Origin: Eledone cirrhosa
Taxonomy: Eukaryota
NCBI GenBank assembly: GCA_964016885.1
Contig: OZ024741.1
Span: 399,156,001-399,220,000 of the forward strand
Length of the DNA: 64,000 bases
Direction: 5' to 3'
Shown here: positions 25,416 through 38,003 of the stretch, one piece after another
How the letters are laid out: every line of letters starts with the position of its first letter
Position numbering within the stretch: the first letter of the stretch is position 1
Translations under genes and position numbers: made by a program
Notes under the pieces: generated by a model
What the model saw: the letters and a program-made list of their open reading frames with translations, nothing else
Database searches by the model: none
Told to the model about the DNA's origin: nothing

Positions 25416-28400
25416 ATGAAAAGAACAACATACACAAAAGTCAACAAACTTTACAGACAGAAACGCATTAATGGTAAGGAAGTCCGAAATCTCACCACAC
25501 CAAACGAGAGGGATAACTTCATGAGCGTCATCCGACGTGAAACGAAATACGCCCGAAACGAATGCAATAGGCATTTCAATAAGAAATTAGAATGGATGAA
25601 TAAGAAAAAACTACAAGAAAAGAAAATAGAATATTCTCAAGAATACCCAGATAACATCGACAATATCCGTATGACTGATGTAAAACTACCGGAAGAATTT
25701 ACCAATGACCACACAGTAAATATTTATGGGAACACTTTAATCAGTGAACAAGAACAACAAATCCTGCGGCTACCACCAAAATTTGCCATCTACAAAAAGA
25801 TTAACCCTATGGAGTGCAAAACGGAGCTGGAAAAATGTTTCACAAAAATACGTTGGAATGCAAAGGTAAACAACAACAACAACAACAACAATAAGAACGG
25901 TAGTAGTAATATAAACAATAACTCTGAGTATAGAAATAACAGCCATAACAATAACAATAGCAGGAAAGTGAGAAATAGTGATAATGGTAATAATACTAAC
26001 GATAGACAGAACAACAACCACAATAATAATAATAATAATAGAAACATTAACCACAGACACAGCAGCAGCGACCACAGTAGTAATAACGGTAACAATACGA
26101 ACAACAACAACAATAACCACAGTGGTAATAATGGAAATAGTACATGTAGCAACATCAATGATAGACACAACAAAAACAAGAAACATAATAAAAGTAACAA
26201 CCACAATGGTAGAAATAACAGTAACAACAACAATAACGGTGAAGTAAACAACAATACATCTAGCAATCATAACAATAATAATAATGCTAATGATAGAAAC
26301 AACAACAACCACCATGATAACAATAACAGCAACACACACAACTATGACGATAGATATAATGACAACCCTTAGAGAAACTATTTTTCAACCCAGCTGACAA
26401 AACATATAAGATGGGTAATATCTATCCTACGAGGTTACCCTTTAATAAAAGAGTTTGCATACCACAACAAATAGATGACGAGACAGAGGCACAGTTCACC
26501 ATAGCTAGAAATAAGATTAGACAAATAGTAGACAGGTATACTAAGAGACAGAGCAGACCAGAGGCCCAACAACTTGGGAGGAAACCTGTAGAAGGCTTGG
26601 TTAGCCTCAAGCAGCGCACAAGGGATGGTGAGGTAGTATGTCTACCCACGGATAAGTCTGGTAGGATGTCAATAGATAGCATGCCGAACTACATCAAGGC
26701 TATGCAACCCCACATCACCAACACGAGCGAAATTGCACAACAAACACACGATGGGAGAGAGAAAATCCTCAACGCTCACATGATGATGTGGACTGACATC
26801 CTAAAGCCAAGCAGACGCACTGCCAACAACTTCCAGGCGTCTAACAATGGCATACCAACCTTGTATGGGCTCCGCAAAGACCACAAGACAGTCGACGACC
26901 CGACAACAGGACCACCAACAAGACCCGTATACGGAGCTAATATAGCTAGTAACTACAGGATCTCCTACTTCCTCTCAATGGTTATACGCCCCATAATCAA
27001 GATGTCCCCAGATGTATGTGACAGTACAGAGGACCTCCTCAGCAGAATCAGTGAGTGCAACAAAAACAGGAACCTATCCAACTGCATAATAGGCAGCATG
27101 AATGTGGTGTCACTGTACCCATCCATTAACATTGATTTTGCTGTGAAAAGATGTGTGGAGATGATCATTGAGAGTGAGGTGGAGTTCTGCGACGTCGACA
27201 CAGACAAACTGGGCCTCCTACTTAGACTTACTACCTAGACAGCCATGACCTTAGACGTTTCTGCCCTAGTAGACCTATAAGAGGTAGACCCCCCACCATA
27301 ACCTCAATGGCAAAAAAGACTCCCATGGTAAGGTGGATTGGGTGGACCAAAACTATACGGACCCCCCAAAACAATGATCAGGTAAGAAAGATGGTCGCAC
27401 ATGCAATAGGGTCTAGTATCAAAACTACCCTAAAGGGCCACATATTTAAGTTCAACGAGAAGATCTACACCCGAAATGAGGAAGCAGCCATCGGCGTCAG
27501 CATAGCTGGTGATGTTGCCAAACTTTTCATGGTATGGTGGGAAAGGAGACTTAAAGATCTCCTTAATGAGAGCTCCATAGAGCTCATCATGTACTCTCGT
27601 TATGTAGACGATAGCAATATAGTTATTAGAACACCCCCACTAGAGAGCACTAACAAGGTTGATTTAGAACGTAGCACAATGGAATGCATCCAGCAGATAG
27701 CTAATTCCATACACCAGAGTATAACTGTAACTATCGACTTCCCTTCCAAACACCCTAACAATAGACTACCTGTATTAGACACAGAACTCTGGATTAACAC
27801 TATAGACGAGAGAGCCCAAATTCTCCACTCACACTATGCTAAACCCATGGCCTCCAAATACCTGATACTCAAAAACTCAGCAATGTCCAGTAGTGCTAAG
27901 TTTAATATTCTGATCGCAGATTTGGTACGAGTGATGAAGAATGTGTCCCGCATGTGCGACCCAACAGAAATGGAAAGACACATCCAACACTTCATCAACC
28001 GCATGCAGTTCTCTGGCTACAACCAAAGAGACAGAGTCAGAGTATACGAAGGAGCCATGGAGAAGTATAAGACCCTCATAGAACTGGACATGAAAGGAAT
28101 TTGCCCATTATACAGGAGCAAATCATGGGATAGCTTCGATAGGGCTAGACATAAGATAGGGAAAGCCACCTCATGGTACGACAACCAGAGATACCAGAGT
28201 GTCATGTTTGTGGACGCTACCCCTGGAGGGAAATTAGCTAACCAGTGTAGAAAGGCCCTGAGAAAGACCCACTTAAAAATAAAGGTGGTAGAAAAGCCAG
28301 GAACCACCATAAAATCCCTGGTCAGCAAAACCTACCCTTTTAAGAAAACCCACTGTACCAATAGGAAATGTATCATATGTAAGGTGAACCCCCAGATAAA

Positions 28401-28758
28401 CTGTAAAACTAGAAACGTAGTCTATAGCATAAGATGTACAGAGGGTACTTGCAGAAACATGACAACAACATACATAGGTGAGACAGCTCGTAGCATAGGT
28501 GAAAGGATAGACCAACACTGGGGGGAACTGAAAGGACGAAAAAATGGGTCAGTACTATACGAACATGCTAGACAACAACATGACGGTAACATAGACAACA
28601 TAGAAATTAGAATAATATCTAAACATAGGAATGACGCAGCAGATAGGCAAATCAGAGAGGCCAGTGAAATAGAAATTAGAAGACCAAGACTAAACAGAAA
28701 GAATGAATGGAATAACAACAACACCCAAACAAACAACACTGACCTAAGAGAAGTATAA
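25416..28758 (+). pseudogene. PLE polyprotein (N-terminal domain, RT, GIY-YIG endonuclease), broken into three frames
   Basis: ORFs 25416-26372, 26411-27238 and 27307-28758 lie in different frames; the first catalytic Asp reads Asn (GSMNVVSLYPSI). Confidence 0.88.
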
Positions 28759-28996
28759 ATAAGTAAATAAAATAAAATAAATAAATAAATAAATACATAC
28801 ACAAGCACAATAACAACAAGCACATAAACACACACTAGTCACCCATCACACAGCAAACAATACACTATACACACACGCAAACGCATGCGCAAAGAAGACA
28901 AAATAAAATAAACAAACAAGCAAATAAATAAATAAATATATAGACAGACTGAATAAAAATGGCGTAGACATACAATACAACAGGAGGAAACGATAG

Positions 28997-29040
28997 CACC
29001 ACTGACGATATTGCAGATGTGCAACGAAAGATTTATGATA
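28997..29040 (+). ncRNA. Type I hammerhead ribozyme in the PLE 3' terminal repeat
   Basis: CTGACGA-taTTGCA gatg TGCAAc-GAAA gat TTA; stem I weak. Confidence 0.6.
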
Positions 29041-29231
29041 AACTATATATATGTGTTTGTGTCTATATTGTATCTGTATTATTTTTGACCGTCGGTCAGT
29101 CAATGGCAACATTGAGGACCGAGTAAGTTAGATTACCGATATAAAAGACAGCGAGAAGCGAAAACCAACCAAACAGTGAGTGTGTTCTGTTATTTATTCT
29201 GGCAATATTACACGAATATGACCCTCCCCAA

Positions 29232-29344
<113 letters not shown>

Positions 29345-29793
29345 GAAGGCGTGTGGCTGAGTGGTTAGAGAATTGGATTCGCAATCGTAAGGTTGTGAGT
29401 TCGATTCCTGGACCAGGCGATGCGTTATGTCCTTGAGCAAGACACTTTATTTCACGTTGCTCCTTCTACCTGGAGTTGCGACCGATAGATAGTATTAGCA
29501 ATTGGAAAGACCAACGGAAACATTGTTCCCTCGGTCCGATTTGACGAAAGTCGATCGTTCCTTTATTATATATATAATATAAGATCAAAAGATGGTTAAA
29601 GGAGTTCCATGTATTTTATTATGCGCATTTCAAATGCAATAATATTTGTGTTTTCATCAGACAAAACAGGAGAACATGATATGAAGGCCAAAAAACACTT
29701 GTGGATAGGGCAGTTTTAAATCAACATAAACTGTAGAGTGCTTCTTATCCGATATCTGCATTGCTTTATTGTACTACAATAAAACTCACCTTC

Positions 29794-29833
<40 letters not shown>

Positions 29834-29887
29834 TATATATATATATATATATATATATGCATATATATATATATATATACACATATA

Positions 29888-29973
<86 letters not shown>

Positions 29974-30028
29974 TTTTATTAAGACTAGATAGTGAGTCTT
30001 GTTACTTTAGAGTTTTACCTATTTATCA

Positions 30029-30076
30029 CATGTCTGATGACCCTGTGGTAAACAGGTGTAACTCCAGAGTAGCATG
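30029..30076 (+). ncRNA. Degenerate type I hammerhead in a short PLE terminal fragment
   Basis: CATGT-CTGATGA-cCCTG..CAGGt-GTAAC (GAAAC mutated)-TC ca GA GTA-GCATG; all three stems still pair. Confidence 0.6.
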
Positions 30077-30252
30077 ACTCACTATTCAGCCTTAATAAAA
30101 TATATTTAAACTCTACTTCGGTATTGAGTACTCTTTTCCCTTAACCGTCAACTACATATGATTTTTTTTTCCCGAGGGAGTTTTGGGATTTTCTCTTTTT
30201 TTTAAAGACATTTTTTAGGCATTTTCAAGTTTTCAAGTTTTTATAGGTTTTG

Positions 30253-30310
30253 CCGTCTGAAGAGCTCAGGCCACAATAACTGATAGTCCTCAGTGAAATA
30301 TGTGTAACGG
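30253..30310 (+). ncRNA. Type I hammerhead ribozyme
   Basis: CCGT-CTGAAGA-GCTCAGG..CCTCAGT-GAAA tatgt GTA-ACGG. Confidence 0.7.
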
Positions 30311-30331
30311 AGTTTTAAATAAACCTGAATC

Positions 30332-30410
<79 letters not shown>

Positions 30411-31067
30411 TATGTGTGTGTGTGTGTGCGTATGTATGTGTGTGTGTGTGTGTTTAAAAGCACATGTAGATCAAAAAAATAATTGTTTCCACATTTGGCA
30501 GAAGGCCAGCAATTATCCCAGTGTATTACTGGTACTTTATTTTATCGACCCCGTAAGGATGAAAGGCAAAGTTGACCTCAAATAAATAATGGATTAACTG
30601 TTGAACTTGGTAACTTATGTCTTTGTGTATATATACACACACAGACACACACATGGACGCACACACGCGCGCGCGTGCGCATACACACACACACACACAC
30701 ACACACTCAAGCACATACATACACACACATTTATATATATAATAGTAATAATTTGGTAAAGGTATCCAAGAGATAGAGCACTCAGTCCATGGGACGAGTT
30801 TAAATACATTAAATTTAATAGCACAACGTGGCTGAGAGATGAGAGAATTGGATTCGCAATCGTGAGGTTGTGAGTTCGATTCCTGGACCGGATGATGTGT
30901 TATGTCCTTGAGCAAGACACTTTATTTCACGTTGCTCCTTCTACCTGGAGTTGCGACCGGTCATCTAAGATGACCGGAAGTATACCACTAGATTTACCTC
31001 TGAAATTGGTTCTGGATATAAATAAACCACATTTGAGCTTTGCTTTTGTTTTATCAACTTATAGAGT

Positions 31068-31152
<85 letters not shown>

Positions 31153-31914
31153 GGGCTTCTACAGGACTAGAACTGTAACAGTTCTAGTCCCGTAAAAGCC
31201 TTTCTATATTAAATATTTATACTCCGCTTTATATTGAGTACCTTACTTACTGTGGTTACTCCCGATTGAACCCGGGATAAACTTATATATATATACAGGG
31301 TGGGTGGAAACAAACTTCCTCAGAAGAAGACACAGAGAGGAAGTGAGAAAGAGATATAGAGAGAGACCTTACCCCAGTATTGGACTGATAGATTCTTTTT
31401 ATCTCCTTGAAAGGATGAAAAAAGTAAAGTCGACCTCGGCGGAATTTGAGCTTAGAAATCAGAGAGCTTGAATGAATACGACAAAGACTTCTACCCGACG
31501 TTCTAACGACTCTGCCATTTTACTGCCTTCTCTCTGAAATATACCCCTGTGATATTGTATATTATCAGTGATAATAGAACCTTCTTCTTGTATTTAACTT
31601 TAGCGTGGTGACCCATGACGAAGCCAGCTTATCTATAGCTCTGATTATAGTGACTGGAAAGTTAACAAGTCGTAGGGCCTCAGATATGCTTTCTTGTGGT
31701 TCTGCCAGACTGTAAAACTGTAAATAAGTTCTTCCTATGTCACTCTATATATATCTGATATCACAGTTTTGTTAATTACAAGTTATTTAGCACAAACCCG
31801 CATTTTTATTCTAGTCAGTAGCTTGGTTGATATTGTTACCATCACAATCCTCAACAAATACTTTTATACATATATACAGTTTATGCATCTTTGAAATTTT
31901 ATTTTTCGAAACAT

Positions 31915-32338
31915 CTTCTTCTTCTTCTTCTTCTTCTTCTTCTTCTTCTTCTTCTTCTTCTTCTTCTTCTCCCACTTCTTCTTCTTCTTCTTTATTTTTT
32001 CTCTTTCTTCTTTTTATTTTTATTTTTCTTCTTCTACGCTCATTTCTTGTTTTTCTCCTTTTTTCCTTTTTCTTCTCCTTTTTCTTTTTTTCTTGTTCTT
32101 CTTTTTCTTCTTTTTTCTTCGCCCACTTTTTTCCTGTGGCCGTCGGGGTGGCAGAGTCCTCAAACACTCCTTCCAGCGGGCCCTGTCGGAAGCAACCATC
32201 TCCAACTGATCCGACAGGATCTCCAAGCGAGAGCAGCCAAACTTGTAGATGTTATCCAACCATGTTGCTCGTGGTCTACCCCTGGGTCTCCTGCTGTTGG
32301 TTTTGCCCGTAAAATCTGTCCATATTTCACAAAGCTGT
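31915..32338 (-). mobile_element. 3' fragment of an RTE-like LINE with a (GAA)n tail
   Basis: RRPRGRPRATWLDNI...VASDRARWK C-terminal motif; same family as 63380-63758. Confidence 0.75.
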
Positions 32339-32341
32339 TTA

Positions 32342-32700
32342 TACAAAAACAAAACACACTATTAAAGGGAACAAAAAAGAAAAAAAGGGAAATAAAAAGA
32401 AGAAACAGAAAAAAGAATCAAGAAAGAAAGGAAGAGGGGGTCAGACGCTACAGACCAATCTGAGCGGTACCGCGGCTGCGCCCCGCGGACAAAATGGCAA
32501 AGGCATTACCGCAGAGAATGGACAGGGACACCCGCTCCAACAGCCACCCTGCCTCACGGGGCTCCCTCCTCAAACGAACCGCTGTCTTTCCGATTTTACG
32601 GAGGAAATCATCAGTATAGGGAAAGTGGACACCAGATGTCTCGAAGGTGATCAGTACAAGGGGGAAGCACTCGGTCAGGGAAGAACACAGAGTGAGCATA
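32342..32700 (-). mobile_element. 3' fragment of a CRE-like (restriction-like endonuclease) non-LTR element; second fragment at ~47425-47580
   Basis: FETSG..FLRKIG..REPRE..WLLERVSLSILCGNAFAIL matches the CRE C-terminal ET.G...QR.S....RGNA..IL pattern; both copies share AAAACAAAACACACTATTAAAGGGAACAAAA. Confidence 0.7.
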
Positions 32701-33139
32701 AAGTCTCTGAAACTACAAAACACACTGAGGTTTTTCTTTCATAGCTGCCATTTTGTTACCGAAAATTACAACTACTTCCTGTAGAAGAGAAAATGTGAAA
32801 CATATTCAGAAAAACTTTAAACTTGAAATTTATAAATTAAAACAATGAAAACGAAAAATCTCAAATATTATCTGGGATATGGTATTTTATATTTAGGGAA
32901 AGACTTTCTGCTCACCCTGTATATTTCACCATCTAATAGTGTGATAGTAATGCTATATATGTCGTGCAGAATAGAGAAATTGCTGACATTGTCATTCTGA
33001 TTTAATTTGCATAACAAATATATGTTTGGCGTCGTAATTAAATAATTAAAAACAATATTTATGCTAAAATGGTGGTATGGTGTTGTCTCGTAACTCCTAA
33101 TGGAGTCGTGGGGGCGCTGTGTTGACATTCAGCGTTTCT

Positions 33140-34505
33140 AGGATATTTTTAAAACCTGGCGAAGCCTATCTCCTCTCCAGGTCTAAACATACCAGATTTC
33201 TTCCAGAGAAAGAAAGAAAGAGTGAGAGAATAGAAGTGAGAAAGAGATATAGAGGAAGAATCTACCCCAGTACTATACTGGTACTTTTTCTATCAACATT
33301 GAAAGAATGAAAGGCAAAGTTGAACTCAGATAGCAGAGAGCCGAAATGTTTACTGCAAAACTTTCTATCCGCCATTTTAACGTCTCTGTCAATTCACTGC
33401 CTTCACCATATATGTACAGATCCGTTGAGTCTTGGAGGTTCTGTAGTGACATACGACATGTCTTGGGCACCATATATGTACAGATCCGTTGAGTCTTGGA
33501 GGTTCTGTAGTGACATACGACATGTCTTGGGCACCATATATGTACAGATCCGTTGAGTCTTGGAGGTTCTGTAGTGACATACGACATGTCTTGGGCACCA
33601 TATATGTACAGATCCGTTGAGTCTTGGAGGTTCTGTAGTGACATACGACATGTCTTGGGCACCATATATGTACAGATCCGTTGAGTCTTGGAGGTTCTGT
33701 AGTGACATACGACATGTCTTGGGCACCATATATGTACATATCCGTTGAGTCTTGGAGGTTCTGTAGTGACATACGACATGTCTTGGGCACCATATATGTA
33801 CATATCCGTTGAGTCTTGGAGGTTCTGTAGTGACATACGACATGTCTTGGGCACCATATATGTACATATCCGTTGAGTCTTGGAGGTTCTGTAGTGACAT
33901 ACGACATGTCTTGGGCACCATATATGTACAGATCCGTTGAGTCTTGGAGGTTCTGTAGTGACATACGACATGTCTTGGGCACCATATATGTACAGATCCG
34001 TTGAGTCTTGGAGGTTCTGTAGTGACATACGACATGTCTTGGGCACCATATATGTACAGATCCGTTGAGTCTTGGAGGTTCTGTAGTGACATACGACATG
34101 TCTTGGGCACCATATATGTACATATCCGTTGAGTCTTGGAGGTTCTGTAGTGACATACGACATGTCTTGGGCACCATATATGTACAGATCCGTTGAGTCT
34201 TAGAGGTTCTGTAGTGACATACGACATGTCTTGGGCACTTTAAACCTGGCAGAGTCTATCTCCTTTCCAGGTCTGAACATAGCTGGTTTCTTGCAGAGAA
34301 TGATAGAGAGTGAGAGAATGGAAATGAGAAAGAGATATAGAGGAATCGACCCCAGTACTACACTGGTACGTTTTTATCGACTTTAAACAGATGAAAGGCA
34401 AAGTTTTCCTCGGCAAGATTTGAACTCAGAGAACAGAGAGCTGGAACGAATACCACAAAATATTCTGTCCGATATTCTCATGTCTCTACCAATTCGCCAC
34501 CTAAC
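33140..34505 (-). mobile_element. Two long-tailed SINE family A variants (33140-33403, 34237-34505) flanking the 64-bp array; relatives at 41845-42090, 47870-48120, 51410-51740, 60030-60350
   Basis: B box and central domain plus an extended tail CCTCTATATCTC..CTCTGGAAGAAA..TTCAGACCTGGA. Confidence 0.75.
33405..34236. repeat. 13 near-identical tandem copies of a 64-bp unit
   Basis: ACCATATATGTACAGATCCGTTGAGTCTTGGAGGTTCTGTAGTGACATACGACATGTCTTGGGC; only a recurrent G/T variant and one G>A. Confidence 0.97.
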
Positions 34506-35272
34506 GGTGCTACAGAAATGCTATATATGTCATCGACAATAGAGAAATTGCTGAAATGCTCATGCTAAGCTAATTTGCATGGCACATATACGTTTGGCGT
34601 CGTAATTAAATAAATAATAACAATATTTATGCTAGAATAAAATGCAATGTATATTTGAAGAGTGAAAGTATTTCGTTGCTATTTCTAGCCTGTGGAGAGA
34701 CTTCCTAGACGGCACCTTGTTGACCCGTAGAAATGTAGGTAACGATGACAAACGGCTGAGAATGTGAACTTGCAACAATTGATGGGGCAGCGTTTGTATG
34801 TACTTTTATGTGTGAGGAATAGATGACTTGATAGGAACTGTGAATGTCGAAGAATGCATATCTCAGAAACACATACACACTCTCACACATACACACATGC
34901 ACACACACAGAGATACACTAGCACAGACACACACACACACACACAGACATATACATAAAACACAGGCACACAAACACACACTCACAAACAGTCAGAAGAA
35001 TACAAACACACACAGACACACACACAACAAGATGAACACTCAGTAATGGACACACACCAAAACTAAACAACGAAATACCAACGATGTTTTAAGTTACAAA
35101 AAAACAAGGACAGTTCTATGGAGTGAGATATAGTCTATAAGGCATGTTATATACACAGATATGTTATATACATGTGTCTATATAAATATACATACATGTA
35201 CACACTCTAACACACACAGACAAACACACACGTTTATATAAACAGATAGGTAGATATACTTAGACACACACA

Positions 35273-35339
<67 letters not shown>

Positions 35340-35589
35340 GGGAGCGAAAGAGAGGGAGAGAGGGAGGGAGAGAAGTAGGTAGATAAATAGAGATACATAC
35401 TCGCAAACACATACATTCATACATATATACATACTCACAAACACACATACATGCATACATACATACATACAAATGGATACATCCATACCTACATATACAC
35501 ATACACACATAAAAATATAGATGCGTACATACATACACACATATATACATACATACATGTATACATACATACATACATACATACATACA

Positions 35590-35623
<34 letters not shown>

Positions 35624-35625
35624 CA

Positions 35626-35682
35626 TGATGGCTGTCCTCTCGTTATCGAGTATGGCCATTGCACGAGGAGAAAGAAAAAAAA

Positions 35683-35716
<34 letters not shown>

Positions 35717-35773
35717 AATAAAAAAAAAATAAATAAAAAGAAAACAAAGAAATATATATATATATATACATAT

Positions 35774-35819
<46 letters not shown>

Positions 35820-36105
35820 ACACACATATACACACACACATACATTAATAACAATAATAATAATAATAATAACAACAATAATAATAACGACAACAACAAT
35901 AATAATATACATATACATATATGTATACACACACACGCACACACATAAGCATATCTACACACACGATAGCAACTAACAGCGCTGCGACCGAATGTGGCTT
36001 TTTAGCCCAGCCAATGATCTAAAATGTCTTGCACAGAGTCGGCAACCAAAACATTCACTGGGAATAGTCGGCTGTGGTTGGAGTTCATGTACTTTTGCAT
36101 GTCGC
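35626..36105 (-). mobile_element. Short 5'-truncated RTE LINE copy (last zinc finger + 3' UTR) in (TATG)n
   Basis: Nearly identical to 36191-36670; both ends abut (CATA)n. Confidence 0.88.
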
Positions 36106-36190
36106 ATACATACATACATACATACATACATACATACATACATACATACATACATACATACATACATACATACATTAATACATATATACA

Positions 36191-36496
36191 TGATGGCTGC
36201 CCCCTCGTTATCGAGTATGGCCATTGCACGAGGAGAAAGAAGAAAAAAATAATAATAATAATAAATAAATAAAAAGAAAATAAAAATTTAAAAAAAAGAA
36301 AGAAATATATATATATATATATACAAATACATACACATATAAACACACACACACACACTCACACACACATATACACACACACATACATTAATAACAATAA
36401 TAATAATAATAACAATAACAACAATAATAATAACGACAACAACAATAATGATATACATATACATATATATATACACACACACGCACACACATAAGC

Positions 36497-36530
<34 letters not shown>

Positions 36531-37877
36531 GATAGCAATTAACAGCGTTGCGATCGAATGTGGCTTTTTAGCCCAGCCAATGATCTAAAATGTCTTGCAC
36601 AGAGTCGGCAACCAAAACATTCACTGGGAATAGTCGGCTGTGGTTGGAGTTCGTGTACTTTTGCATGTCGCTTGAGCCCTCCTGCTGATTTACATTCTCT
36701 ACCACATGTTTGGCAAGCATGATGAGTAGCATCTCCAACAGCAGCCTGGTAGTCAACCACTGGTCTTACTTTATGACTGCGAAGATGACTTTCGAGTCCA
36801 GCTTTGCTTAGGCAGAGTCTCGCACATACGCTGCATGTCAGCACCATAGGAGGACCCTCGCCGTCTGGAAGTGCAACAGCAATGCCCTTCCTCACATCCC
36901 GCTTTACTTTTTCGTATGCGATTCGAGATGCCTCAAAGGCAACTTTTCCCTCATATACAGTCTTTCTCCATTTATTACGATCAGCAGCAATATTTTCCCA
37001 TGTATCAGCAGAGATGTTAGCGTCTTTCAGAGAGGCTTTCAAGGAATCCTTATACATCTTTTTTGGTTTATGTGGCGGTCGTTTTCCTTTAACCAACTCT
37101 CCATAAAAGAGTTGTTTTGGTATTCTAGAATCCTTCATCCTGGCAAGGTGACCACTCCAACGGAGTTGTTGCTTAAGCACAAGAGCTTCTATACTGTCAC
37201 ACATAGAGCTTTCCAAAATCTCGACATCACTGATGTGGTCCCTCCAGTGAACGCCATGGATCCGTCTGAGACACATCTGATGGAAACGCTCCAATTGCTT
37301 AAGGTGGTGTCGATATGTGACCCAGGTCTCGCAGGCATAAAGGAGACAAGAGAGCACACATGCCCTGTACACCTTTACCTTTGTCCTCCTGCATATGTCT
37401 CGCCGACCCCAGAGTCGCCTTTCTAGCTTTCCGAAAGCATCACTTGCTTTCCTAATCCTAAGTGAGATCTCACTGTCAAGGTTGCCGTATCGATTGACAG
37501 TGCCCTCCAGGTAAACAAACTGATCAACCACTCTGCCATACACATAGATGTTTGGTTTTATGTACTGCTTACCAGGGGCAGGTTGGTACATGACGACGGT
37601 TTTCTTGAGACTGACAGTCAGACCTAGGGCAGTGCAAGCGTCAGAAAATGCATTCAAAATGTGCTGCATATCTCTCTCTGTGTGCGCTACAAGATCGCAA
37701 TCATCTGCATACAAGAGGTCTCTTATGATTGATGTAAATACTTTTGTCTTCGCAGCAAAGCGCCTGATGTTAAATATGCTGCCTGAGGTTCGATATCGGA
37801 TGTAAACACCATGCTCGCAATTCCTGAATGCAATACAGAAAACCATTGCAAAGTATATGGCAAACAGGGTCGGTGCA
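36191..37877 (-). mobile_element. 5'-truncated RTE-clade LINE in (TATG)n
   Basis: APTLF, LLYADD, GLTVSLKKT, LLYACETW, LRWSGHLARM..RIPKQLFYGEL; 3' stem-loop TGGCCATACTCGATAACGAGGGGGCAGCCA then (TATG)n. Confidence 0.93.
36539..37877 (-). CDS. Partial RTE ORF: RT second half, thumb and three C-terminal C2H2-type zinc fingers
   Basis: Open frame of ~445 codons with CSVC..HLRSH, CQTC..HAKVH and CRLC..HIRSQRC. The predicted N-terminal MYVC repeats are microsatellite. Confidence 0.85.
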
Positions 37878-38003
37878 TGCATACATACATACATACATAC
37901 ATACATACATACATACATACATACATTTATACATACATACATACATACATACATACATACATACATACATACATACATACAATCATACATACATACATAC
38001 AAT

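Larger units (their letters stand above)
31296..32919. mobile_element. Possible Tc1/mariner relic filled with nested insertions
   Basis: Imperfect TIRs TA|CAGGGTGGGTGGAAACAAACTTCC and GGGAAAGACTTTCTGCTCACCCTG|TA with TA flanks. Confidence 0.4.

Noticed and set aside
29345-29420. tRNA gene (also 46935-47005)
   Set aside because: A/B boxes are present, but there is no closed acceptor stem and the sequence continues into a repeated SINE body.
31605-31680. Possible further hammerhead (ATGACGA..CCAG..CTGG AAAG)
   Set aside because: Both core boxes deviate and the stems are unconvincing.
33273-34236. CRISPR-like array or repeat protein
   Set aside because: Units are contiguous and identical with no unique spacers, there are no cas genes, and the context is eukaryotic; the ORFs arise because the 64-bp unit lacks stops on one strand.
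34698-34745. Small exon between TTTCTAG and GTAACG
   Set aside because: The acceptor-like GTTGCTATTTCTAGC resembles a repeat-derived motif (similar near 9745); the peptide is unrecognisable.
36539-36845. Host C2H2 zinc-finger gene
   Set aside because: Fingers are in frame with an RTE RT, lack TGEKP linkers and are followed by the LINE tail.
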